The notes below the pieces were generated by a model. The model searched no databases, was not told the origin of the DNA, and worked only from the letters and a program-made list of their open reading frames with translations. A stretch of DNA of 60,893 bases, counting the filler, from Sphacelaria rigidula (taxonomy: Eukaryota): NCBI GenBank assembly GCA_964200075.2. It is 8 parts of 8 records of this genome, joined end to end, with 100 filler letters (N's around TTAATTAATTAA, not from the genome) between each part and the next. Parts side by side here need not be neighbours in the genome. Positions count along the whole stretch, not along the records: positions 30,498 to 38,021 come from CAXNAA020014515.1; positions 38,122 to 45,645 come from CAXNAA020014516.1; positions 45,746 to 53,269 come from CAXNAA020014517.1; 5 more parts are not named here. One strand, 5' to 3'. Position numbers and translations under genes: made by a program. Below, piece by piece: positions 35,101 through 48,319 of the stretch; within the stretch, counting starts at the first letter, position 1, and every line of letters begins with the position of its first letter.

Positions 35101-36786
35101 TCATTCCCGATAACCGTAGTCGTTCCATTGTTTTTCGCCGCTCCACACGAAAATAGATGACGACCAAGACCTGGTACTATGGCAGCAGGAAGGAAGACGT
35201 GTCGAAAGCTACCTTTTTCGTCAGCAACACGCACGTTCAACACACCCGCGCCGATTCCGGAAAGGAACTTTCCTCCAGCTGCTTCAATCTGCATCGGAGG
35301 TCGCAGATCTTGGTAATGGTGCATGAAGTTCTTGACATCCGGGAAGAGATTGCTATCCAGGAAGTGCGTTGAGGCTCCACTGTTAACCATGAGAGTAAAC
35401 TTGGCGTTGTTGGTAGTGAGGAAGGAAAAACCCTGACTTCCCGCAGCTAGCGGGGCAAATCCAACCGCAGGGGTTGTGGCTGCTTCAGGTGTGGTCGATG
35501 CAGTTGAAGTGGTCCCGATTGTAGTTGTAGCCATGGAAGATCCGGTAGTCGTGTTATCTGCGGTTGTGCCACCTGTAGTTGAAGTCACCATCGTTGTACC
35601 GCTTTGTTGTTGTTGATCTTGATTGCGGCTTTGTTCTACCACAAGTTTGTACGCGTTCGGCAACGATGATAAAATGATCTCGGCCAGTCTGTCGTCGGAC
35701 ACCTTTTCTCCCACTCTTGTCAATTGGTCGGCGATGTGATGAACTTCTGTGAAGAGGATGTCCGGATCTTGGCCGGCAGACATTGAAACGTTGTCGAGCT
35801 GCCGCATTCACATTTGCTTGCGTTGTTTGTTACTGCTCTCAAACTTGCTGATAAGGGCAGCCCAGGCAAGATATCAATTTGCCTTGCGTCCAGGCATAGG
35901 ATCATGACGCAAAATGATACTATTTGCAGAACCAGAAGTAATGTAGAGGATGGAGTACAGATCTTGACTCAACTGCTCCCGTTCCTCAACTTTCCGAGTG
36001 GTCGTTATTCTCTGCTGGCTGGTAGGTGCTGCAGATGGCGTTTGAATCCTCGAATATGACACTCCAGACCTCAATGCCCTAGTGCCCTCGGGAGGAGGCG
36101 TGCTCAGGCCTTCTACACTTTCTGGCAGAATTTGATCTTCATCACTCTGTGCACTTCCACTCGCAACTCGTTCAAACTGAGGAAGAGGTTTTGTTTCCCC
36201 ATCCATTATGTGACCTAAACGAGGCGATGTAAAACCGACTGTTGCACGAGTGGTACGCTTCCACTCACCAAAACGTCCATGCTTACCGTCGAAGCGCAGC
36301 AAATTCTTGAGCTGTACGACCGTTGCGGATTCTCCCATGTTGTCGAGGATGTCGCAGCTTCCTTCGTTTCTTGATGGTAGGTGGAACTCGAATCTTGACC
36401 TGTTGACCTAACTGCCCCCGTGCTGATGTAGCTAAGATCGTTGTACTTGCTTCCTCACGTGCTCGCGTTGAAGTCGAGGCTCATAACCTCTTGGATGAAA
36501 GGGTTTGTAGTATGTGGCACGGACTCGAGCAAGTCCTCAGAGGAGCACAGCGTGCTGTTGAGCACACTCGAAGCAAACACACAGATTGGTTTTGAAGATG
36601 GTGCTTATCGGCCGAGACAAACAGCACACAAAAAATGAAAGGCAGAACCTGGTGAAGCAGGAGAAAAACGGAGAATGCAGGAGAATGACAAAGGTGGGCA
36701 TGCCCAAAAGCTGTGCAAAGCAAAAATCCCCGATCCCCCTGGCTCATTACTCGGTACATTACACACACTCGAGAAAACTCTCAACT
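32186..36786 (-). mobile_element. Ty1/copia LTR retrotransposon, degenerate and 3'-truncated
   Basis: Domain order: gag (36338-35600), protease (VNSGASTHF), GAG-pre-integrase (WHRRLGH), integrase (SDVLGP, RSDGGGEY, PQQN), RT (KARLVVQG, LYVDD), RNase H (FCDANHA, KHVAL). Split over 6 ORFs by stops and frameshifts. PBS-like GGTTATGAGCC at ~36477-36487 and probable 5' LTR at ~36488-36786. Confidence 0.95.
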
Positions 36787-37325
36787 TGTTCTCGGTACAA
36801 ATATCCGACCAGAGTAACGCTCCACTCACTTGCTATATTCGTAAATACCGGTCCTTGGTACGTTCCTGCCTTTAACGGAGGATACGACTATCCTGTACAA
36901 TCACAATTGATCACTTTCCATGAAATAAGAATTTCTCATTACTTTCTGCAGATATTGTACTGGCATGTGGCCATACAGCCCTATCACTTATTTCTCCCAT
37001 TCCGCTAAACGGCTGTTCCGCAATCCCGCTTTTCCTTAAACCCGTTCCTAGAATTCCAGGGCCTTTACAATACTATATCAAACTGCTCATCCAGGTAAAA
37101 TACTATGCGCTATTCATCAATCGATATCAGCTACTATCTGTGTACTCTGTACTAATCAACAACTGGCTATGATTGTCTTCGTTGTTTTCAGTTATGACGA
37201 GCACAACTCTTCATTCACTGCGATGCTGTCTGTTTCGTACCATGTAATCTCAACGTGACTACGATATATGTGCAACGAATGAGTGAATGATTCAACATAC
37301 CCAACTTGGGAGCTCTGTGGCCTAA

Positions 37326-37970
37326 GTGAAGATGGCAGACTGGACCACTGCGGAGACGCACTCGGCTATCGTGGGAGACACGACATCTCCAACGGAAATA
37401 CTGAAGATGAAGGAGAATGTCGCCAGCCTGCAAGGATCGATGATGGGTATCACCGAGCAGCTGGCGAAGCTGAGGATGATTAATACGTCCCAAATAGTGC
37501 GAGGGACATCGTCCACTGGCCCCGGAGTGGCAACGGGCGGGGAGGGAGAGTCAGGCGACGGGAGGCACACCGTCGCCGGTGCCGGAACAGAACGGGTTCG
37601 GCTACCACATGGAGAGGGGGTTGGATCAGGTCCTCTTCAAGGATCCGTGGGCGATGGATCAGCCCATGTAAGTGTAGACGGGGATTCCCAGGCATCCTAC
37701 TCTCATCTCGGCGTGAAACACTATTTTCGTGTCGATGAGAAGTTTGACGGTAGGGAGGAAAATTGACCGTTGTTCCGTGATGATGATTCCCTGGCACAAG
37801 TCAGCACCGCAGTTTTTATAAGCGCCTTACGTGACAGACGGAAAATATTTCCGTATGACATAGAAAACCGGCCAGGACCCCCGTATATAGTGACAAGGGA
37901 AATCGAAAAAGGTAATCACAAGGGACCTCAGAAAATACGGAGGGTTCGAAACCTGATGTACTCATGATCA
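37326..37970 (+). mobile_element. Possible decayed gag-like start of a second retroelement
   Basis: Intronless ORF with a coiled-coil-like segment and EKFDGREEN*PLFRDD read through an in-frame stop, resembling a gag 'F-D-G-x-x-x-x-W/Y-P-x-F' start. Confidence 0.35.
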
Positions 37971-38439
37971 TGCATGCCATAGTCATAAGACCATTGACCT
38001 CGCATCCCTGCAGTGCCGGGANNNNNNNNNNNNNNNNNNNNNNNNNNNNNNNNNNNNNNNNNNNNTTAATTAATTAANNNNNNNNNNNNNNNNNNNNNNN
38101 NNNNNNNNNNNNNNNNNNNNNTACGAAGACTTTAATCCTCCGGGTTCTCATCCTCAATCAAAAGCACCATCCTCAACATAGATGATTGGCTGTTTCTGGC
38201 CAAAAAATCGTGCTTTTGCACATACCCTTCGGGAGAACGGAAGGCCAGAAATCCCCCGAAATAGTTTTGGGCAGGTCGGGAGGGATGGGGCCGTTCATAT
38301 AAAAGTCATTTGTCACGAATTTTAGGTCAGGGAAACCACGGCTTTTGAGTTGAACCTCATGTTTTCCTCAACCCCATTTCCGAGAATCCATTGTTAGTCA
38401 CAGTCAGTGCTGGTAGCACCGACTCCAAGAGTGGTCCAC

Positions 38440-38545
38440 TAACCCCTCCATGAGATATGCTACGTAAGTGGTTCAAGAAGTGGACACCTGGCCTTTGAAC
38501 CAGTGAGGGGCGGAGATATGGGTTAATCCCGTGGGATCACGAACT
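38440..38545 (+). repeat. Dispersed repeat (GAGATATGCTACGTAAGTGGTTCAAG...GGCGGAGAKATGG); copies at ~40545-40630 and ~42510-42610, with an inverted relative at ~43060-43265
   Basis: Direct sequence similarity among four places in the same contig. Confidence 0.6.
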
Positions 38546-38885
38546 CGTTTCGAGGAAGCGGTGCGACTATCACGACACAGAACTGAGTGCGGTACGACAC
38601 AGAACACCTGAGTGCTGGCGAAAAACGTATATCCTCCCATGTGGTGGGAGTAAATAAAAAACCACCCACACCTTTTTTCACGACCCCAGTTGCGCCAGTT
38701 TTTTTTTATTCCAAGAGTCCAAGTCTTTTGATTTTGACAGCATTACAGGTATTTGCAAAAGTACAGCCGCGAGGGTTTGCCGAGAGAAGATTTTCGGGCA
38801 CGAAGGCCCCCCCCTTCCCCCCCACTCCGGAGGGCAAGTTTTCGAAAATTGTCATGTTTTTTTTTGTTAATACCAGAGAATACAA

Positions 38886-39210
38886 GATTCAACCCCAACC
38901 AGCAATCCAACCAACCATCCATCCATCCTCAAACAATCTTTAAATAATTAATTAACTAACTAATTAAGTACTTAATTAATTAATTTGTTTATTTATGTAT
39001 TTATTTGTTAATTTATGTATCTATTCATTTATTTATTTATATTTACACTCAAATCTATTCCTATTTTTTATTGCCCCAACCATCCAACCATCCTCAGATG
39101 ATCTTTAATCAATTTTTAATTAGCATTATTACGAACAAAGCCAACAAACCATTCAACCATCCATCCCCGAACAATGTTTAATTAATTAATCATTCAATCG
39201 AGTAATTTAA
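38886..39210. repeat. AT-rich low-complexity tract with three CAACCATCC...ATCTTTAA units
   Basis: TTAA/TTTA runs and repeated CCAT/CCAA motifs. Confidence 0.6.
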
Positions 39211-39213
39211 CCG

Positions 39214-39569
39214 GTCGTCCCGGTGGCTCAGTTAGTAACCTCGTATCTCCTGACGGTTGGGTTGAGGGTTCAATTCTCGGAGCGATTTGGGACTTTTTCT
39301 CACATCATGCCCAACAGTGGAGAGCGATCACGTCGTGGGTACACAAAATTCGATTTAGCGGTCGACGAGGGAAAGGGACTGCTGAACCCCTCTCGTGATA
39401 AAAAAGAAGGCAAGCACTGCAGAAGAAAGGCGGGGTACTTAAAACAAACAGAAAAGAGAAAGCTCCTGTGTTGACCTCCCTCCTGTGTGACCCCGGCGGA
39501 CGCGCACTTATATACCGAAAGATGCAGACCGGCGTCCAGAATAATAGATGGGATGACAACACGCACATA
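39214..39569 (+). mobile_element. tRNA-derived SINE (~350 bp) with a CA-repeat tail; other copies at 52621-52980 (+), 53161-53269 (-, 3' end with (GT)n), 53370-53420 (-) and 53811-54075 (+, truncated)
   Basis: A box GGTGGCTCAGTTAGTA, B-box-like GGGTTCAATTCTC, conserved body (GTGGAGAGCGA...GTCGACGAGGG...CCTGTGTGACCCCGGC), end GATGGGAYGACAACACAC. Confidence 0.8.
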
Positions 39570-41152
39570 TAAATGAACTCATGCAAATTACTGAAAATAA
39601 AGGACGGTACGTCCGTGGAATTGCAAGAAATTGCAGATGATGAGGAGCGGCATGTCAATGTTAAGTCGTCCGTCGAAATCAACGTACCCATTTACTCGGA
39701 GTATCACATTTACAAATTCGCCGATCATAGCGAACGTACGCGGTGGCAGGGGTCGGGTAAAAGCCTTGAGCAGATTCGCCAATAAGCACAAATTATGAGT
39801 AGGTACAGAAGGTGAGATGACACCCACACAAAACCGCGTTGAAAGATGGGCACAACAACATACTGCAACAAGAGCGGCAACAACACGAGCAGCAGTTTCT
39901 ATTCCACTCACGGGCATACATCGTACGTATGTATGCACCTTTGCTGTCAAGAAATGGATTGGGCAGCAGGTGTAACCTTTGTAAGCACAAAAACCGGGCA
40001 TGCATGGCAATAATGTTATCGTGAGGTGGAAAGTAGGAGACACGATTGAGAGCAAAGGGTATGACTCTTGCTAGAGTCACACCCTTTCATTGATTGAGAG
40101 AAGCGGCCAATTAATTAATTGATGGTTTCATGTCCGAAATGCCCCTCCACGAAGTTCGGTACGCTCTGTGTAAAAGCTTGCCACTGAATGAAGCCCTTGA
40201 TATCCCTGAGTAAGATATCGATATGTAGCTGTAGGCACACGCCGCCGGTGTTCCAGGCGAAGAAAAGTGCACACACATTGGTCAACTCAGAGCGAATGAT
40301 AAAACTCACTCTAAATCAACGCTCCACTGTCAATCTCATGAAAACAGTGTTGCATGTCCAACCCCCACCAAGTCGGTTCAGCATATTACAGTCAATGTAT
40401 GGCTCACCACAATCGCTTCAATCTAGCACAACAGGTGCAGACGCGCTGCCTGGCGGATCTCTCTCTCAGAGTAGAGCAGCCGCGGTCAGTGCTAGTAGCA
40501 TCGAAACTCCACCAGTGGTCCACTCCCCCCCCCCCCCACCCCTGGAGATATGCTACGTAATAAGTGGTTCAAGGAGTGGACATCTGACCCTGGAACGAGC
40601 GAGGGGCGGAGAGATGGATTGATCCCTTGAGACCACGGCGTCATTTTGAGGAAGGGGGACAGCTAGAAATGGGTGCGAGCCTGCCCCAGTCCTGTGTTCT
40701 GAGGGGCGAACGGGCGTGGACGCTGTGGCATCAAGTTATAGTACCCCATAACGATTCTGTCATGTCACAGGGAAAATTCTCTGTGAAACGACGAAAGACC
40801 ACACACACGTGGCCGTTGAGCTTATCCGCCGCGGTGGGGGTACGCAAAGGTGCAAGAGCTTCGAGGTGGGAAGCAGCTTGCCCGTTACACTTGCGCATTT
40901 ATTTGCCACAAGATCTTGAACAATTGGTTTGGTCGGGGGCAAGGAATCCTACGATGACGACGAGAGAACAGGGTATTCTATAGAGTGAGGTTGTATGCTA
41001 AAATGGGTCTCAAGCTCGAACGAGTGATTTCCTCACCCTCACTTACGGTGACGGTACCAATTCATTTTGCCGACTCTCTCTGTAAGCTGACAGTGCTGAG
41101 CGAAACCGTCATTTTCCCGTTTAACACCCGAAATCAAGGAAAATGACACTTA

Positions 41153-41346
41153 TCCCCTAGATCGCGAGGGTAGTCCATCATCACGACTACCTTTTTCAAG
41201 TGAAGTTGATGACGATTCAACAGATGTCCTACTCTCGTCGTCTACCCTTAGCGATGCGGGTAGTCGATCTGTATCACCTGTACTTTTTTCAAGTGAATAT
41301 TAATGCCGATTCAGCAGGTGACCTACCCTCGCGGTCAAAGGGTTAA
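41153..41346. mobile_element. piggyBac-like ~100-bp MITE (dimer here); monomer at 42676-42781, partial at 52540-52622, dimer at 60134-60340
   Basis: Terminal inverted repeats CCCTTWGACCGCGAGGGTAG / CTACCCTCGCGGTCAAAGGG. The 42676-42781 copy has TTAA at both ends. Confidence 0.7.
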
Positions 41347-41475
41347 GCTCGCAGAGTCCGTAAAATGCGCTGAAGAAGTACCTACCCGATCGAGGGGCGT
41401 TTGAGGCCAACAAAAAGATCATAGGGCACTGCCACTGTAAATGTGCAGGGGGAAGCACTCGTTTGGGCGTGGAGT

Positions 41476-41825
41476 CATGCTACGATAGAGGGGAGGGGGG
41501 GGGGGGGGGGGGGTTGNNNNNNNNNNTGAATTTGCGCGGCTTGTGTCTGGTGTTGTTCTCTTGCTCTATTTTCTGTCATATTCTTATCTCATAGTTGTCA
41601 CTGAGTGATTGATTCCTCGAAAAAATTGGCTCGTAAATGCTTCAAACGACCTCACACACTCGCGCTGTGCTTATATTTGGGTGGAAGCGCTGTCAAGCAG
41701 TATGAATGAGCGCTTTTAATCGGAAACAGGCGCGTTTGAACAACCGTTGCTACTATTAACGACGATTTCAGGTAGAATTTCGTGCAAAAAAACGGCCCAA
41801 AATCCCCCCCCCTCATCGTAGCATG
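41476..41825. mobile_element. MITE-like element
   Basis: Inverted ends CATGCTACGATAGAGGGGG / CCCCCCTCATCGTAGCATG. Confidence 0.55.
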
Positions 41826-44488
41826 TGTCCTTGAGAGTATTTTTTACCGTACAACCTCATTTCATAGTATACCTTATCAGAGGATGTTTAGCTGCACGCC
41901 AATCACAGGATACCCGCGTACTAGGATTTTGGATACAGATGCATCCCCCGTTCGCTATTGAGGTAACAATGGTGACGGTCGAGTAAGTTGAGAACCTGAA
42001 TTCCGCGCAAGGGGGATGGTCGTACTACGCAGTGCTTACACGGTGAGACATCAATGGGGCAATGCATACTCGCAATGTATAACCGAACCCGTGGTCGTCT
42101 CAGGAAGTGACGATACTGTGCCAGATGATGAAAACATGCTAGGCTGTCTCCACAAATGCAAATCATAATGTACCAGACCGAACAGTATTTCAAAGATTTT
42201 CTCTCATGCCCTGTATCCTAACCCGTGAAGGATACACCAAGCAGCAAGCTAGTCGCAAATGGAGGCTCCAACGCCAACCTCGGTCACCGCAACAATGCTG
42301 ACGAGCATCTGGAATCTAGCGTATGAGATACCTATAACACAACAACGAGTCCTGCCCAATCCCCTCGAAGCCGTATAAACTTTACAGCCAGTGACACTCA
42401 CCCTGATGGGTACGCCCGGACACTGATGTGCAGAATTCCTAATATCCCCGACAGGGATATCTCTCAGAGCAGCTAGTAGTCCGTTGCTATAGTAACAGCG
42501 CCAGCACCCCCGAGATATGCTTCTACAGTATAAGAGGTTCAACGAACGGAGGAGTCGTACCACAAGCACCTATGAAAAGAGCGGAGGAGAGATGGGTCGA
42601 TCCCGTGCGACTAACTCGAGTTAGAGTGAGAACTGGTGGCCTGGTCCGATGCTGTACAAAAGGCTGTACCAACATTTAACCCTTACACCGCGAGGTTAGT
42701 CTTCTGTTGAATCGGAATCAATTTCAAGTGAATAACAGTATGCATAATCCAGGAAGACTACCCTCGCGGACTAAGCGTTAAAACCTTGAAGTGGCGGGCA
42801 TGAATGCAAAGCTGTGCAGGCCTCAGAAAAATCAACCATGAAGTTTCGACCAACAGGCATGTGGGGAAGAAACAAGGGGACGTGCGAAAGAAAAACAGAA
42901 TAGTTCACCACTTGGGACGATGAATAGAGGTGATAGAAAGATCTGGGGTCTAATTTTATATATCAGGCTCATGTGCGTAAAGAACGATTTGGATAATCCT
43001 CACCTGTACCAAACCATAATTTCCTCAGAACTTATTTTAGTATCCAAAGTGGTAAACTAACCTCGCTCAAAGAGTGGTCGGGTGCTGGTGCTGCGACTGG
43101 CAACGGACCAGATGCTCTGTGGGATACTATATCCATCTTCGAGAGCCCTGTCGAGCATATTGTACGTATGTCGTTGCCCGGGCGTACCGATCGTCGTGAG
43201 TTTCACTGCATGTAGAGTTGAACCGGCTCCGCGGGAACCATGTCTCATCGTTGTTATAGGTATCTCAAACTCATCCTTCACGGGTTAGAGCACGGGGCAA
43301 GAGAGAGAGGGTGGCTCTTTTCGTCTGTATTATCGTCGTTGTGTGTTGTTTCGTGCTGCTCTAGCGGAACGTACTCTGAGAAAAGGATGTTACGTTCGGA
43401 CTGCCCCGGCCGGCCTAGCCATCCGCACGGATCACACGAGTTTAGTACAGCAGTACAATACAGTGCCGTGAAGTGTAGTGGCGTACAGAGCATTTCACAG
43501 TCTGCGAAGTAGAATGCTTGGTGCTGAAATGCCTCGACTGCACTACGAGTAAGAATGTCATGTACAGTAGTGACTAAATGTGTACGGCGGTCGAATCCAA
43601 GCGTGCAAGAATTACGTCCTGCTAACTGCGGACGAACGCACGTGGGGTACGTGCAAATCTGTGGGCTGTGTTATCCGTGCATGAACGAAGGTGCACATCG
43701 CTGCTAGTGCTTGTATGAGCAAAAAGTACAACTCCGCTGCCCTAGGTCGGCACAGCATGAGAACCGCACCGTGGACGACGGACGCGTTTGATCAAAAACG
43801 CATATAGATGTTCAACCCCTCCCCTCCCCCTCCTTCCAGGATATTCGCTCATGGTAGATGTGGAGCATCTCCAAGACTCACTCATCATCCGAAAATACGT
43901 TTGTATTGTGGCTGGTACTCTAGAGCGCGCATGCGCTTGTGTGATGCAATTTTGTTTCAAACTTCAGCCAACTCGTTTCGCTAACAGCACGGATGGATTT
44001 GAGCAAATAATCTTCTTGCTACGGGAAACTTGGCCTCTCTCTAGAAGATGGTGAAAAACCTCCTCCGTGCGCCTGCCGGTTGCGTCACAATAGCGCGATG
44101 CTCTCCCATAACAACGAACGCCGATTTTCACGGAGGAGGTGATGTTCACCCTAGCCAGCGGAGCTTCTGCAATTACTCGTGGCTAACAGTACTGCTACTG
44201 GTGTATCTTGCGAGAGGAACTGCTTGTCTATCCAACATATACTTCAATCGCCCTCGCGTCCACTACTCCACCAGGGCGATGCTGTTTGGTCGACACCTGC
44301 ATGTACGGCACATGCGGATCCTCCATGCGAACTTGGGACATTTGCCATCATCCATCATTCTCGCGGAGGCGTCTAATTCGCTGTATATAAAAATAAGGGA
44401 AAATGCTGGGCGTGACCCATGCGTGTGGATGATTTTTGAGTGAACTGATCCACCAGGGATCCAGCCATGGTCACATGATAGACGTATC

Positions 44489-44680
44489 AGGCCGTGTCTT
44501 ATCAACTTGTATTTGACTCGAAAACGTACCGTGGAATCAAATTGGCTCGTGCCTGATACGTCCACGGCATCCATGTTCTCAAACATCTCAGAAAATTAGT
44601 AGCGTGGACGAATTAGAAACGAGCGAATCCGATTCGATCGCACGTTTCCGACACGAAAACAATTTTATAAGACACGGCCT
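44489..44680. mobile_element. MITE-like element with ~50-bp imperfect TIRs
   Basis: AGGCCGTGTCTTATCAACTTGT... versus ...ACAATTTTATAAGACACGGCCT. Confidence 0.6.
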
Positions 44681-45324
44681 CAGAGGTAAAAACACAAATA
44701 AACACTCGCTGAAGGAAAACGAAGAAAATAGCAAGCTAGAGCGGACGAACAATTTAGACAAAGAAGAAGAAACAATGATGAAAACGGGCACGAAACATAA
44801 AACATACAAAAGTAAATACAACTAAAAATGTCCGGCCTCTGCAACATGGCCTCGGTGAAAAATGTTCTTGCGCAAAAAGCACATACGCATATGTACCCAA
44901 TCGGAAAGAGCAAAACAAATGCCGTGATAGCAGGTTGTGGCTCATCTGGAGGCTCTATTTCAACCGCACTATCTTGGGCATCAAGCTCTCATCCATGAAA
45001 CCTACCGAAGCGGGGTACCAAACTGCTACTTTTTGCATACATCAGGAGGAGGAAATAACAAAAATACACTCTACAGAGAAATGGATAAAGAGAGAGCAGA
45101 GAAAGAGACTGCACAGCAAGTGATGAAACCCAAAGAACATGGTGCAGTAGAGCAGGTACGAACACACACCAGAGAACACTGCTAGATCACCGGCAAAGGA
45201 CAAAATCATCGAGCGATAGGGAAAGACAAGGGAGGGCACATTAGATTCCGCAGGTCGTTACTATCGATTGATGCAGTTTTTTCGAGGATCGCCAAGATTT
45301 TTTATGTTTTCGCTCTCTACTGTT

Positions 45325-45410
45325 GGACATCGTATCGAAAGTTTCGATACATCGCATCGAAATATCGTCATCGTTATCGTATCGAAAACATTTCGATAAA
45401 ACGATAACAC
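45325..45410. repeat. ATCG/TCGA-rich degenerate repeat
   Basis: Repeated ATCGTATCGAAA / TTTCGATA motifs. Confidence 0.5.
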
Positions 45411-45558
45411 GTGCGGTGCGATTATTTGGTTTTGTCGAGTTCGGACACGTTTTCTCCTAGGCTGGGGACCTTGATTAGGTCAAATTCGGTGGGAAATAGA
45501 GCAATATGTCCTTATTTTTTTGCCTCCGGCGGCGCCTCCCACGGGACACCCTCACGAG

Positions 45559-45589
<31 letters not shown>

Positions 45590-46208
45590 CGGGGGGGCAT
45601 TTGAGGCTCGCACCGTGGGCGGGCTCGCTGCGGGCCCCCACGTTTNNNNNNNNNNNNNNNNNNNNNNNNNNNNNNNNNNNNNNNNNNNNTTAATTAATTA
45701 ANNNNNNNNNNNNNNNNNNNNNNNNNNNNNNNNNNNNNNNNNNNNCTCCTTTGTTGCTTGCCTTAGTCCTCTGACCCTTGGCCTCGCATCCCGTTCGAGA
45801 CGGAGCACCGTTCCTACTCCTAATAGAGCTATCTTCAACATTCCGGCGCTCATTACGTTTCTTCACAACACGTCGAGAGAGTCAGTCGAAGGCTCCGAAA
45901 AAACACGCGAAAATCTTCGCCTCCCATGTGCAAGCGCGACTCATTGAGTTTTCAAGTACAACACTCCTCCTGCACGAGATCGTGATTCAAACACACCCTG
46001 GACAATAATATAGTCAATTGTCAAGAAATGTACTGCGCACAGTATTGAAATCTATTGTCTACTGCAATAGACGCGCAACAAACGATACTTTACGCTGTAG
46101 ACTTTTTGACGACGGATTTTATTCAGTGTCATTGTCCAGGCTGTGGATTCAAATCCTGGTTTCTCGGCTCGTTCACTCGAGTACGTACATATGTATCCCT
46201 CAACCTGT

Positions 46209-46608
46209 AACAGCCGATCATCGAAATTGAGGATGGAGCTTCCCGTTGAGGACGAGAACCCGGAGAATTCAAATACTCGTATCCACCCCAGATCTTCGAA
46301 ATATGGTTCCATTCTTCCACTTAGTGATAGCCAGTAATAAGTACTACACGTCATACAAATTTGGATTTCGACAACAAAACCAATTTCGGGGAATTCCGGC
46401 GATCCGATCGGATCGACAAAATTCATTACTGTTTCTTCGTCTAGGACCCCAACATTTCGGTATCGAAATCCGAATTCGTAGGGCGTGTGCAGCACCTGTC
46501 AATAGCTACCAGTAGGTGAAGGAATTGAATCATATCTCGAAGTTTCGGTGCGGATACGAAGATTTCAATCTCCCGGGTTCTCATCCTCAACTTCGACGAT
46601 CGGCTGTT
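46209..46608. mobile_element. Intronic MITE with long imperfect TIRs; related fragment at 38122-38195
   Basis: AACAGCCGATCATCGAAATTGAGGA...GAGAACCCGGAGA...CGTATCC pairs with GGATACGAAG...CCGGGTTCTCATCCTCAACTTCGACGATCGGCTGTT. Confidence 0.65.
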
Positions 46609-46624
46609 CGGTACCGAAACATAC

Positions 46625-47451
46625 CTGCCCCTCCCCGCTGAGACATGTCCACGAAGGGCGGTGCAGGGCCGCCGGGTCCCGAGGGGCCGACGCCTCCAGC
46701 CTGAGCCAACGGTCCTCCCGCACCTCCCATCCGCCCTCCATTGTTTGTCCGTTGAAATGTGGCCGTTGTTGCCGACGGTGGCTGGCTACTGTGGGGTAGA
46801 GGCACCCCCGAGCTCCCGCGGAGAGGCGATGAATCTCGGTAACCTCCCACCTGCGAGTGCGGCTGCTGTTGTTTGAGGCGGGTTAATCTCCGATCCTAAA
46901 AGAGGCGGGGGGGGGGGGGGATTTAATGAGTAAAGTGTTCAAGCAGCATTAGGGAGGGAGAGGGGGAGGGATGGTTTCAATGAATAGATGGATGAAAATA
47001 TATACATGTATATATATATATATGATGAGAACTGAAAGAAGGAGGAAAAAGAAGTGAGCCGCCAGACACCAGAAAAAATCCAACTACGGCAATCCGAAGT
47101 GAAATCGAGTCATACTTTATTTTCCAACAATAGATTTGGCGACGAATTGAGGCAAAGCTCCACAGCTCGCTGCTAGCAGGATACACGAAATATGAACACA
47201 AGGCCCTTGGTTCGCTCGCCACGATCTCTTTCCCGCCTTCTCGAGTACATGTCCTAGTTTCCAGCTACACCAAAAGTTCAATTTTTTCTCCATCTTTGGA
47301 ATACCAACTCCCTCCGCCCCCGGCCCCCAACTCTCTCGGGGGGTCGCCGGTCATCCAACACACACCTGCAGCTGCGACATCCCGCCACCCGCAAGATAGC
47401 CCCGCTGCTGCTGCTGTTCCTGATGGAACTGCTGCGAAACAAATCCAGGGC

Positions 47452-47486
<35 letters not shown>

Positions 47487-48282
47487 GACACAGCACCCGA
47501 ACCCGATCCCATTCCTCCGCCGCCTCCCGCCCCCCGCGTCTTCTGCGGCGACATCGTATACCCACCACCCAGACCATGCGACCCCCCCCTTCCAGCCAGC
47601 GCGGAGCCCGCCACTCTATGCTGATGCATCTGCCGCCCATAGCTGCCACCATCTCCCGGGACCGAAGACGCCCCGCCAACACCACCGCTTTGCTCCATGG
47701 AACTCCCGGGGGGCATCTGTTGGGAACCAGGGACAGGCGGGGGCGCACCACCACCGCCTCCCCCGACTCCTCCCCTTTGGCCTCTCGGCGGGCTGGTCCC
47801 GTAAGCAGGGTAGTTCGGGGGTGCATTGTTCATGGCACCAGCGGCAGAGCCGGAACCAGAGCCTGGATTACCACCGCCGCCGCCGGCGCGAGTGTCGGCG
47901 GCAGCCATACGGCCGGTCCACGCGGCCGATTGCTGTGAAGTCGGCGGAGCGGGGTGGGGGTACGGGGGTGCCCTTTGGCTGGATCCCCCCGTAGTGTTTT
48001 GTGGCCGCGAGGACGTGGACCATGCCAAGGAGGACATGTCTTGTTGCTGATGATGCCGCTGTGAGGGGGGGGCTGTTGAACCGGACACCGACGCCGCCGA
48101 CGAAGGCGGCGGCGGCGGCGGTGGCGGTGGCGGTGGCGGCGGCGGAGGGCCCGAGTGGTCGTGGCTGGACGCGTACCCTGCGTGTTGTCGTTGTGGCTGG
48201 TGGTGCTGCCGCTGGTATTCTTGCTGTTGTTGCTGTTGCTGCAGTGCGTACCCTTCTTCGCTGTGTTCGTGCCGAAACTGCC

Positions 48283-48319
<37 letters not shown>

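Noticed and set aside
39573-40309. Short coding-looking frames 39573-39785 (+) and 40115-40309 (-)
   Set aside because: No recognisable motif or convincing exon chain, and they lie among repeats. A BLASTx search would be needed.
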